NCBI GenBank assembly: GCA_964482325.1
Contig: CAYZXD010000001.1
Span: 3,461-67,460 of the forward strand
Length of the DNA stretch: 64,000 bases
Reading direction: 5' to 3'
DNA from: an uncultured Spirochaetaceae bacterium
GTDB lineage: Bacteria; Spirochaetota; Spirochaetia; Sphaerochaetales; Sphaerochaetaceae
Within the stretch, counting starts at the first letter, position 1. The number at the start of each line of letters is the position of its first letter. The notes below the pieces were generated by a model, which saw nothing but the letters and a program-made list of their open reading frames with translations, had not been told where the DNA came from and did not search any database. Below, in pieces: positions 39,144 through 47,885 of this stretch. Made by a program: the position numbers and the translations under genes.

Positions 39144-39676
39144 TCATTTCTCCATAGACGCCTACTGAACGACAGCACTAATGGTGTGTGTTGTTTATAT
39201 TTGTCGTATCCGGCAAAAATTTTTGGAAAGATAATGATGTCTTCAAGCATGACCAGTACAAAATTACACAGAATCAGACCCAAACACAGCAAAGTAATTC
39301 CCACATCCCAAAAGAATACTGCTACCAGCAGGTTAACGATAGTATACCAGAGAAAGCCCGGATGTCGAGAAAAACTATAGGTCCCTTGTGTATACAATTG
39401 ACCGGAACGCGATGAAAAAAGGGCTGTCTCGATAAAAACTGAATAGATAAGGAGGATGACGAAACATCCGATTATCACCAATAATCCCAAAGAAAAGAGA
39501 GTTTTATGGGGAGAACGATAGGAATAAAAGAGGAAGATATAAGGAACTGCAGTAAGGAAAAAGCCTAGAGAAAAAAGCTTTTTCATGAATGATTTGTCGT
39601 ACAATATCGCAATATCATACATCCCTACTAATAAATATCCTGCTAATCCAAGCATAAATAGTTTGAAATTTTCCAT
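39140..39676 (-). CDS. ICMT/PEMT-family membrane methyltransferase
   Basis: About 5 TM; LYTQGTYSFSRHPG and ED...F...Y..Y...TP family motifs; overlaps the HD-GYP start. Confidence 0.78.
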   Translation of the reverse strand: MENFKLFMLGLAGYLLVGMYDIAILYDKSFMKKLFSLGFFLTAVPYIFLFYSYRSPHKTLFSLGLLVIIGCFVILLIYSVFIETALFSSRSGQLYTQGTYSFSRHPGFLWYTIVNLLVAVFFWDVGITLLCLGLILCNFVLVMLEDIIIFPKIFAGYDKYKQHTPLVLSFSRRLWRNE

Positions 39677-39733
39677 TGCCTGCATAATAATAATACAAGT
39701 TATATACATTTGAAAAGTGTAAAAGGATAGCTC

Positions 39734-42700
39734 ATGATCATCGACATTTCGACCATTATTCCTGCTGTGGCCTTCATACTTTATGTATCGTTTGCAGTAT
39801 TCGGTTTTTCGCAGTACAAGAAGGACCGGTTCTATTGGTCATTCCAGCTTTATATGGTGCTTTTCTCCATTTGGAGTTTTGGTTCCATGATGATGCACCT
39901 CAACAGTGGAATCCTTACTCCCTTGTTCTGGAACAAAGTGATGCTGGTAGGGTTGTTATCTGCCTCGTTTGCATTGAGCAACTTTATCCTCGACATTCTG
40001 AATCTTCACACTAAACCGATAAGACGATTTATCTATGCGAGTTATCTCCTGATTATTCCCCTGACTTATCTTAATGTGACCGGCTACATCGTCCATGACG
40101 CAGGGTTTCGTCCCGATGGATCATTCTTCTATGAGTTGGGTCCCGGAGCAATCTTTGCCTATTCAATAACGTACGTCTATTTGATTTTTACTCTGATCAT
40201 GCTGCTGTTTCGTACGAAATATCGTCCCCTGAAAGAGGAGCATAAGAATCTGATTCTTCCGCTGGTTGGTGTGTTGATTATGCTGATCGGAATATTCATC
40301 AATGTATATCCTCCTCTGGGTAAATATCCGGTTGATATCTTTACTGCTACGATCAATGCGGTCCTGTTGTTCTACACCATCTACAAATTCAAGCTGATAA
40401 ACTATTCACTATTGGCCTTGAAAATCATTTATTCTACCTTTCTCGCGATCGCTGCGTCCATTTCATATTATGTGATCATTGTTTTCTTACGCATATTCAA
40501 TCCGGCCTTTGTTCCCGGTGATGCATTCCAATTCTCTTTTGTGCTCGGAATTGCCACCGTCATCGTGATACAACCCCTGAGGAACCTGTTTTCCTATCTT
40601 GTAGACAACGTAATCATTCCAAGAAGGCACCCCTACCAGACAACCATCAAGAAACTGAGCAAACGATTGACGACTATCGTAAATCTCAGAGAACTCGGCG
40701 AAGAGGTTGTGAGTAATCTGAGTACCGGTCTGAAAACAGAATGGGTGCTTTTTGTTGCCAAGAGAAGCAATACAGCCGATGCTTTTACCTTGATTGCCAA
40801 TAGTAACTGTCCTACAGAATTACGTATTGGGCAAGAGGTTGTATTTGCCTTTTCCAATCAGGTCAACGATAGGTTGCAGCGTTTGCAACGGGAAAATATT
40901 TCTTCAATTCTGAGTGTAAAACCTGATGAACCCCGATTTGAAGTGAGTGACCAGTTGCCTGAAGTCGATGTATTGATTCCCCTTGTTTTTCGGGAACAGA
41001 TAGCAGGGTATATCGTCATTGGATTTGATCGTACCAAGAGCCTCATAACATCAGTCGAAATGGAAGCGCTGGAAATATTAGCTTCCCAGAGTTCTCTCTC
41101 ATTGGAGAACGCGCTCTCCTTCGAAAAGTTGCGGATACAGGGTGACGAATTGACTATGAGTAAGAACAAATTAGAAGCAATCTTCAATGGTATCGCTTCT
41201 CCCGTGTGTCTGATCGATATCGATTATTCTATCCAGGAAGCCAATACCGCTGCAGTAAATCTTTTTGGAAACAATAGAAAAGAGCTTATTGGAAAAAAAT
41301 GTTATCGTGAATTTTTTCATCGTGCCAAGCCATGTCGCTACTGTCAGGCAATGGAATGTCTCCATTCCGGTATTGTGCAGGAGACAGAAGTGGAAGTTTC
41401 TGACAGCATCTACTCGTTCCAGTTCCATAATGTACGGGTCCCGGAAAATTCCAAAAGTGTGTTTATTGAGATTATTCACGATATCACCGAACAAAAGAAT
41501 TTCCAGGAAGAATTGGTAAGAACCGAGAAAATGGCAAGTGTCGGTACCCTTGTAGCGGGAATTGCACATGAATTGAACAATCCTCTTGCTGGGATTTATG
41601 GTACCGCTGAAGTCATGCTCACCGAAGTTGAGGAAGCACATCCGCACCATGAATATCTCACAGATATTCTCAGTTATGCAAAAACTGCCGCAGATGTAAT
41701 ACAGGAATTGACCACATACTCCCGCAAGAAAGAGTTGACTGAAGTGCAACAGGTCGACCTGATTAAGGTGCTGGAGTTCTCCCTGAGGCTTGCAATGCGT
41801 GGCGTTGACTCCTCCGGCATTGAAGTAAAACGGAATTATCATGCACTTCCGGTGTTGGAGGCGAATGAAGGAAGTCTGCAACAGTTATTTCTCAATTTGA
41901 TTGTGAATGCCATACAGGCGATGGAAGGGGAGGGAACCTTGACCCTTACCTGCTTTGAAAAGGATGAGTTCGTCCATATTAAAATCGGAGATACCGGCTG
42001 TGGTATTTCAGAGAAAAATCTCAACCAGATATTTACTCCATTTTTTACCACAAAAGCTCCTGGAAAAGGCACCGGATTAGGCTTATCCAATTGCTATGGC
42101 ATCGTAGAAAAAATGGGCGGCCGTATCAGAGTGCGCAGTGAAGTTGATGTCGGTTCTGAGTTCTCCACGATATTCCCTCTGAGCGATGAAGGACGGGATG
42201 TGATCCGGTTCGTTCTGGTAAATGATCAGGTTGGTATGAACGATGTCTTTTTTCTCCAGCGTAAAGTACTCGTAGGAGAGAAGGGGTATATGGAGGAGAC
42301 CATTCATCGGGCCGAAGATGAAAAGGCTACGCATATTCTGGCATTTAAAGGGCTGCACCCAGTGGGGACCGTTTCTCTGATGACCTCTGATACCTGTTGG
42401 CCGCTTCCCATTTCACGTTACTTTAACATTGATTCGGTTCTGCATTCGAAAAAGTGTTCCGAATTTATTCGTTTGGCCGTCCTGCCCGAGATGCGCAATA
42501 CCTCGGTATCTCTTGGTCTGATCGTACTCGTATTCCTTCTTGCACGAAGCAGAGGAGTGGAGGACATGATCATCGATGTGTTTGCCGATGACAAAAAGAC
42601 CATCAAACTATATAAAAAATTCGGTTTCAGAGAAGTCGGCACCTATTATTCTCCTTCGGCGGTTACCGTATTGGCTTTGCAGGAAAAAACTACCATGGAA

Positions 42701-42880
42701 GGTGATAAGAGTCAGTTGCGTCACTTTGTGCGTCCATTATTCAAACGGCTCAAGCCCCTGTTCGATTTTGGCAAGGATACCCAGGGAGTCTTAGATGAAA
42801 TGGATAAGATTTTAAGTATCGATACCGATTATGTTGCAAAAGATCAAACTGATTCCGATGAAGAATTTGAAGTTAGTTGA
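39734..42880 (+). CDS. 7TM-GAF-PAS histidine kinase fused to a C-terminal GNAT (N-acyl amino acid synthase/LuxI-fold) domain
   Basis: HisKA_7TM-like N-terminus, GAF, PAS, AHELNNPL H-box, NLIVNA, DTGCG, FFTTK.PGKGTGLG; then FFLQRKV..GEKGY...VGTVSL...SEFIRLAV...LYKKFGF. Confidence 0.88.
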   Translation: MIIDISTIIPAVAFILYVSFAVFGFSQYKKDRFYWSFQLYMVLFSIWSFGSMMMHLNSGILTPLFWNKVMLVGLLSASFALSNFILDILNLHTKPIRRFIYASYLLIIPLTYLNVTGYIVHDAGFRPDGSFFYELGPGAIFAYSITYVYLIFTLIMLLFRTKYRPLKEEHKNLILPLVGVLIMLIGIFINVYPPLGKYPVDIFTATINAVLLFYTIYKFKLINYSLLALKIIYSTFLAIAASISYYVIIVFLRIFNPAFVPGDAFQFSFVLGIATVIVIQPLRNLFSYLVDNVIIPRRHPYQTTIKKLSKRLTTIVNLRELGEEVVSNLSTGLKTEWVLFVAKRSNTADAFTLIANSNCPTELRIGQEVVFAFSNQVNDRLQRLQRENISSILSVKPDEPRFEVSDQLPEVDVLIPLVFREQIAGYIVIGFDRTKSLITSVEMEALEILASQSSLSLENALSFEKLRIQGDELTMSKNKLEAIFNGIASPVCLIDIDYSIQEANTAAVNLFGNNRKELIGKKCYREFFHRAKPCRYCQAMECLHSGIVQETEVEVSDSIYSFQFHNVRVPENSKSVFIEIIHDITEQKNFQEELVRTEKMASVGTLVAGIAHELNNPLAGIYGTAEVMLTEVEEAHPHHEYLTDILSYAKTAADVIQELTTYSRKKELTEVQQVDLIKVLEFSLRLAMRGVDSSGIEVKRNYHALPVLEANEGSLQQLFLNLIVNAIQAMEGEGTLTLTCFEKDEFVHIKIGDTGCGISEKNLNQIFTPFFTTKAPGKGTGLGLSNCYGIVEKMGGRIRVRSEVDVGSEFSTIFPLSDEGRDVIRFVLVNDQVGMNDVFFLQRKVLVGEKGYMEETIHRAEDEKATHILAFKGLHPVGTVSLMTSDTCWPLPISRYFNIDSVLHSKKCSEFIRLAVLPEMRNTSVSLGLIVLVFLLARSRGVEDMIIDVFADDKKTIKLYKKFGFREVGTYYSPSAVTVLALQEKTTMEGDKSQLRHFVRPLFKRLKPLFDFGKDTQGVLDEMDKILSIDTDYVAKDQTDSDEEFEVS

Positions 42881-42907
42881 GTTTCTCGTGCGGTAAACAA
42901 GGATAGC

Positions 42908-43693
42908 CTATTGCGTTTCCGCAGCAGAATCGTTGCTGCGCATAAGAAATTGTTGAACGATCTCCTCGAGGAAAATGAAAAAGAGGGTTCTCGACTTCTC
43001 GTATGCCTTCAGATATCCTGGCTGAGGCAGTGTCGATAACCAGAATATACGATCACATTGATCCATGAGTTCCGCATGATACTCTTCGACGATCATAGCC
43101 ACTTCGCATCCACGTGACTTAGCACTTGTGTAGACCTGTGCAAACGAGTGAAATTTTCCTGTCTCCGTGATAATAATCAGTAGTGTGGTGTTATCGACCA
43201 TTTTAGCGATGGCAACCTCATCCGATACTGCCATGGTGACTTTATCGGAGCAGTTACGAAATCGATATGCAAAATATTGAGCACACAAGAGTGATGGACC
43301 ATACCCGAATAAAATGATCTTGCTGTGGTTTTCAATAAGGGAATACAATTGAGCAACAAGCGATGCATCGAATGTTGATACAAAGTGTCCTATTCTCTGC
43401 AATTCACTGGTTGCTTCTCTTTCATCCATCATGTTTCCATTGAGAAAGTTGCGGTACTGTTTAAAATTCTGAAATCCTAATTTTTTCACAAACTTGGAAA
43501 TTTTGGAGACCGAACAATCACAAAGTTCAGCTGCCTTCTCAATACGCAAAACCTCTTGAGATGACTGCTGTGTAAGGAGCGTCTCATAAATTTCCTTTTC
43601 TCGTGTGTTCAATGCTTTTAGATCAACAGAAATCACGCGTACAACCTCCGGAATGCTGTCGTATATGGTAAGTATATATGGAAAATTTTCCAA
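42908..43693 (-). CDS. MurR/RpiR family transcriptional regulator
   Basis: HTH AAELCDCSVSKISKFVKKLGFQNF; SIS domain FGYGPS, ITETG. Confidence 0.9.
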   Translation of the reverse strand: MENFPYILTIYDSIPEVVRVISVDLKALNTREKEIYETLLTQQSSQEVLRIEKAAELCDCSVSKISKFVKKLGFQNFKQYRNFLNGNMMDEREATSELQRIGHFVSTFDASLVAQLYSLIENHSKIILFGYGPSLLCAQYFAYRFRNCSDKVTMAVSDEVAIAKMVDNTTLLIIITETGKFHSFAQVYTSAKSRGCEVAMIVEEYHAELMDQCDRIFWLSTLPQPGYLKAYEKSRTLFFIFLEEIVQQFLMRSNDSAAETQ

Positions 43694-43732
43694 TTAATAG
43701 TATTTAGAGTAATAAATTTAGAAAATTTTCCA
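43679..43732. promoter_or_regulatory. Pair of palindromic operators, probable RpiR sites
   Basis: Perfect TGGAAAATTTTCCA at 43679-92 and 1-mismatch TAGAAAATTTTCCA at 43719-32, between divergent genes. Confidence 0.7.
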
Positions 43733-43739
43733 TAAAATG

Positions 43740-43768
43740 TTGACATGATCTCCTTCAGTATCTACCAT
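43740..43768 (+). promoter_or_regulatory. Sigma70 promoter of the ygc-like operon
   Basis: TTGACA-N17-TACCAT. Confidence 0.7.
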
Positions 43769-43819
43769 GATATTGAGTTTACCAAAACCGTGTCTGCGGT
43801 GGAAAACTGGGAGGAATGT

Positions 43820-45292
43820 GTGAAAAACCAAGAAATTATCGCTTTATTGCAGGAAGTCTTAACCCCCGATCAGATAAACACCAAAGAAGAAGATCTGTAT
43901 GACGCTTCTGCCGATAGATATAAAAAATATGCCAAAGCCCGGCATGTACTCGATGTCCCGATGCCGACAGCGATTGTGTATCCAAAGAATACTGAAGAGA
44001 TCAGCAGACTGTTACGCTTGTGCAATACCCATCAGATCAATGTAATCCCACGGGCCGGAAAAACTGCCACAGAAGGTGGTCTGGAAAACTGGAAAGACGA
44101 AACCATCATCCTTGATGCCCTACACCTGAGCCATATTATCAACATCGATACCTACAATATGCAGGCTACCGTACAGGCAGGAGTTCCCCTGCAGATGCTT
44201 GAAGATGAACTGCGCCCATTAGGTTTTACTACCGGGCATTCCCCGCAGTCCAAACCGGTAGCGAAATACGGTGGATTAGTGGCTACCCGGAGTATCGGAC
44301 AATTCTCAACCTATTATGGGGCTATTGAGGATATGGTAGTCGGTCTTGAATGTGTATTTCCCGATGGGCAGATCTGTCGCATCAAGAACGTCCCACGTCG
44401 TTCCGGAGGCCCCGATATCCGCCATATCGCCATTGGTAATGAAGGAACCCTCTGCTACATCACGGAAGTTACCGTGAAGATATTCACGTTCTATCCTGAA
44501 AACAATAGATTCTACGGTTATCTGATCAAAGATGTCGATACGGGAATTAAGGTATTACGTGAGGTTGTCGTAAACGGATTCTTCCCTTCTGTTGCCCGTA
44601 CCTATTCAGAAGAGGATGCCGCTCAGCATTTTTATCATTTTCACCGGGGTAAGTGTGTTCTGTTGTTCATGGCTGAAGGCCCCAAAGGAATTGTGGATGC
44701 CACCTGTGAGGCTATTGAACGTGCGGTCGAACTGCATAAAGATGGCATTATAGAGCAGGTTGACAGTGCTCTGATCGAAAATTGGTTCAATAATCTTAAC
44801 TGGTCCCAGCAGGATATCGATGATGAATTCGAGGGGATGAAAGAACACGATGCACACTCAGGGTTCACCACAGAAATTTCTGCCGATTGGGAAACCATAC
44901 CGAAAATTTACCACAATGTGATGAAACGGATCAAAGAAGAATACCCTCGTGCTCATGATCTGACCATGCTTGGAGGACACTCCTCGCACAGCTACATCAA
45001 CGGAACAAATATGTATTTTGTCTATAACTATGATATTCACTGTGCCCCCCAGGATGAAATGCGCGTGTATCATCATCCACTGCAGAAAATCATTGTCGAG
45101 GAGACTCTCAAGCTCGGTGGATCTATGTGCCATCACCACGGGATCGGTAAGTACCGAAATGAATGGACTCGATCTGAACACGGCTCTGCATACTACATGC
45201 TTGAAAAACTGAAGCAGGCTTTTGATCCCAATGGAATCATGAACTTTGGAACGATTTATTATCAGGAAGAGGGGCATAAGTTCCAGCAGTAA
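43820..45292 (+). CDS. ygcU: FAD-linked oxidoreductase, YgcU-like (alkyl-DHAP synthase family)
   Basis: TTGHSPQSKP, GGLVATRSIGQFS, GPDIRH..IGNEG, MLGGHSSHSY.NGTNMYFVY, HHHGIGK recalled as matching E. coli YgcU; GGAGG RBS supports GTG 43820. Confidence 0.88.
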   Translation: MKNQEIIALLQEVLTPDQINTKEEDLYDASADRYKKYAKARHVLDVPMPTAIVYPKNTEEISRLLRLCNTHQINVIPRAGKTATEGGLENWKDETIILDALHLSHIINIDTYNMQATVQAGVPLQMLEDELRPLGFTTGHSPQSKPVAKYGGLVATRSIGQFSTYYGAIEDMVVGLECVFPDGQICRIKNVPRRSGGPDIRHIAIGNEGTLCYITEVTVKIFTFYPENNRFYGYLIKDVDTGIKVLREVVVNGFFPSVARTYSEEDAAQHFYHFHRGKCVLLFMAEGPKGIVDATCEAIERAVELHKDGIIEQVDSALIENWFNNLNWSQQDIDDEFEGMKEHDAHSGFTTEISADWETIPKIYHNVMKRIKEEYPRAHDLTMLGGHSSHSYINGTNMYFVYNYDIHCAPQDEMRVYHHPLQKIIVEETLKLGGSMCHHHGIGKYRNEWTRSEHGSAYYMLEKLKQAFDPNGIMNFGTIYYQEEGHKFQQ

Positions 45293-45315
45293 TGCAACGT
45301 ATCAGGAGAAACTCG

Positions 45316-46122
45316 ATGAAAGAGGAGCTACGTCTAGTCTGTTTGGTGAAATTTGTCCCTGATGTGGATGCATTTTCCTATGACTTTGCCCACAACCAGC
45401 TCAATCGTAATTACGTTCGTATGATACTGAATCCCGATGATGCCTGTGCGCTCGCTTTTGCCTTGCAGGTGAAAAAGACCTACCCATCTACCCGGCTTGA
45501 AGTAGTGACAATGGCCCCTCGTTCTGTTGAGCATCATATGCTGGACTTGTTACGGCTTCACGTTGATGGTGGGTATATGCTCACTGATCCACTGTTTGCC
45601 GGCAGTGATACCTACGCGACCACTACGATCCTTTCCTCATTTCTTTCCCAGCTATCGTATGACTGCATCCTCACGGGAACCCGTTCACTTGATGGTGCTA
45701 CATCACATGTCCCATCCCAATTAGCAGAGGCTCTCGGTTTGGATCATATGCAGGATATCAGCAGGATTGACCTTGAGAGCATCAAGAGACAACGACCGGA
45801 GTGTACCGTAGAGTATGAGGAAGAGACGGTTACCTATGCAATGGACATGCCTGCTATACTCAGTCTTACTCGCACAAGCGGTTATAAACTCCCTTATATT
45901 GCCTATGAAGACTTCGAGAAGGATGTCTCGGATAGACTCACATTCATCACTCATGAGCAACTCGAGTGCTCGCCTGCAGCTATCGGCTTTTCTGGATCCC
46001 TTACTCATGTTGTTGATACGTTTGCTCAGGAGCATGAGAGACGAAACCGAACTATTGTGCAATCTGATGAAGCCGGTATCGAATATGTGTATGCATTTTT
46101 GAAAAAACGGGGATATATGTGA
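45316..46122 (+). CDS. etfB: Electron transfer flavoprotein beta subunit (FixA/YgcR-like)
   Basis: VCLVKFVPD, LNPDD, FAGSDTYAT, GTRSLDG; AGGAG RBS supports ATG 45316. Confidence 0.88.
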   Translation: MKEELRLVCLVKFVPDVDAFSYDFAHNQLNRNYVRMILNPDDACALAFALQVKKTYPSTRLEVVTMAPRSVEHHMLDLLRLHVDGGYMLTDPLFAGSDTYATTTILSSFLSQLSYDCILTGTRSLDGATSHVPSQLAEALGLDHMQDISRIDLESIKRQRPECTVEYEEETVTYAMDMPAILSLTRTSGYKLPYIAYEDFEKDVSDRLTFITHEQLECSPAAIGFSGSLTHVVDTFAQEHERRNRTIVQSDEAGIEYVYAFLKKRGYM

Positions 46123-46123
46123 T

Positions 46124-47086
46124 ATGAAGCACGTACTCGTTGTTCAGGATACTGATTGTTTTGCTAACAGTAAGAACCTTCTCGCTCTTACCCAGCTGAT
46201 GTATGATGCAGGGACCTATCACGTATCGTTGCTCGCCCTCCAAAAGGATGTAGAGGACGCAGAGGGGTACTTTCATCAGATCATTACGGCACCTGAATCG
46301 TTGTATGAGATGATGCATCTTGCAGGAATCTGCGATGTAATCGAACACCTGCAGAAAGCACATCAATTCACTAGTATTCTGATTCCTGCCACTCACACAG
46401 GAAGAATGCTGGCACCTCGTTTGGCAAGAAGACTCCACACCGGATTGGTAGCCGATGTGCATGAAGTGCAACAGCGTGAGAGTACCCTTATGATGATTCG
46501 AACCGCCTATGCCGGTAACCTTATGGCAGGAATCACTGCAGTGGGAGATGGACCGATGATGATGAGTGTTCACCCCGATAGTTTCTCCTATAATCAGAGT
46601 CCAGATGTGTATACAAGCATACAAGACTATGACGGTCCCATTCCCTCTACAAGTACCCTGCGTATCGTACGCAGAGAGAAAAAACGGGTCTCGTATGATA
46701 TCCGTAAAAGTGACATCCTCATCTCCGGAGGAGGTGGGGTAACCCGGTATTTTCCCATCTTGCATCAATTGGCAGATGCGCTTGGCGGTGTTGTCTCAGC
46801 AAGTCGAAAGCTCGTTGATCAGGGACTTGCTCCCAGAAGCATCCAAGTGGGCCAATCGGGCAAATTTGTCAGTCCACGATTATATATCGCTTTGGGAATC
46901 AATGGGGCGATTCAGCACGTGGAAGGACTGCAGGATATTGAGACCATTATCGCCGTGAACACGAACGTACAGGCACCTATCTGTAGCCTCTCCGATATAG
47001 TGGTTGAAGGAGATGCGAAAGATTTTATTGAAAAACTGCTTGCCAGGATTCACAATACCCCCCACACACATGAAGGAGATACCTGA
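46124..47086 (+). CDS. etfA: Electron transfer flavoprotein alpha subunit (FixB/YgcQ-like)
   Basis: ILISGGGG, SRKLVD, QVGQSGK.VSP.LYIALGINGAIQH. Confidence 0.9.
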   Translation: MKHVLVVQDTDCFANSKNLLALTQLMYDAGTYHVSLLALQKDVEDAEGYFHQIITAPESLYEMMHLAGICDVIEHLQKAHQFTSILIPATHTGRMLAPRLARRLHTGLVADVHEVQQRESTLMMIRTAYAGNLMAGITAVGDGPMMMSVHPDSFSYNQSPDVYTSIQDYDGPIPSTSTLRIVRREKKRVSYDIRKSDILISGGGGVTRYFPILHQLADALGGVVSASRKLVDQGLAPRSIQVGQSGKFVSPRLYIALGINGAIQHVEGLQDIETIIAVNTNVQAPICSLSDIVVEGDAKDFIEKLLARIHNTPHTHEGDT

Positions 47087-47865
47087 TGCATATCACCGAA
47101 TTCACGATGGACCTATTTTCCCTTGCAGGAAAGAATGCGATAGTCACCGGCGGAAATAGCGGTCTTGGACAGGCGTTTTCCGTTGCCCTTGCAAAGGGCG
47201 GTGCAAATGTCATGACTGTGAGTATCAATGACGACGGAGGAGAAACGCAGCATTGGGTGGAATCCTGCGGGGTGCAATACCGAAATATTCATGGTGATAT
47301 TACGTGTGATGGAGTGTGTGCCTCTGTAGTCAAGCAATGTGTCGACACGTGGGGAAGTATCGATATTCTCATCAATTCTGCCGGGATCTGTATCAATGTG
47401 GAGGATGTGAATCAGTTTGAGCGGAAAGATTGGGACAAAATGGCAGCAGTGAATCTGACTGCGGTATTTGAGATGACCCACGAAGCATGCAAATACATGA
47501 CCAGTCAGCGTCAGGGTAAGATCATCAATATTGCGTCTATCTACTCATTTTTAGGTGGCAAGTGGTCTCCTGCCTATGCTGCAACCAAGCATGGGATTGT
47601 CGGACTGACCAAAACCATGTGTGATGAACTTGCCGAGTTCAATATTCAAGTCAATGCCATCGCACCGGGATACTTTGCCACAAAACTCACCGAAAAGACA
47701 CGAAATGACCAGAAACGCAATGCGGAAATCTTATCCCATATCCCGGCTAACCGCTGGGGGATCACCAGTGATCTCATGGGAGCATGCATTTATCTGTCGA
47801 GTGCAGCATCCGATTATGTCAATGGAACGGTACTCACGGTAGATGGCGGCTATCTGATGCGCTAA
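47086..47865 (+). CDS. ygcW: SDR oxidoreductase, YgcW/KduD-like
   Basis: VTGGNSGLG, YAATK, NAIAPGY, IPANRWG, DGGYL. Confidence 0.85.
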   Translation: MHITEFTMDLFSLAGKNAIVTGGNSGLGQAFSVALAKGGANVMTVSINDDGGETQHWVESCGVQYRNIHGDITCDGVCASVVKQCVDTWGSIDILINSAGICINVEDVNQFERKDWDKMAAVNLTAVFEMTHEACKYMTSQRQGKIINIASIYSFLGGKWSPAYAATKHGIVGLTKTMCDELAEFNIQVNAIAPGYFATKLTEKTRNDQKRNAEILSHIPANRWGITSDLMGACIYLSSAASDYVNGTVLTVDGGYLMR

Positions 47866-47885
47866 GAAACAGGAGAAGTAACACC

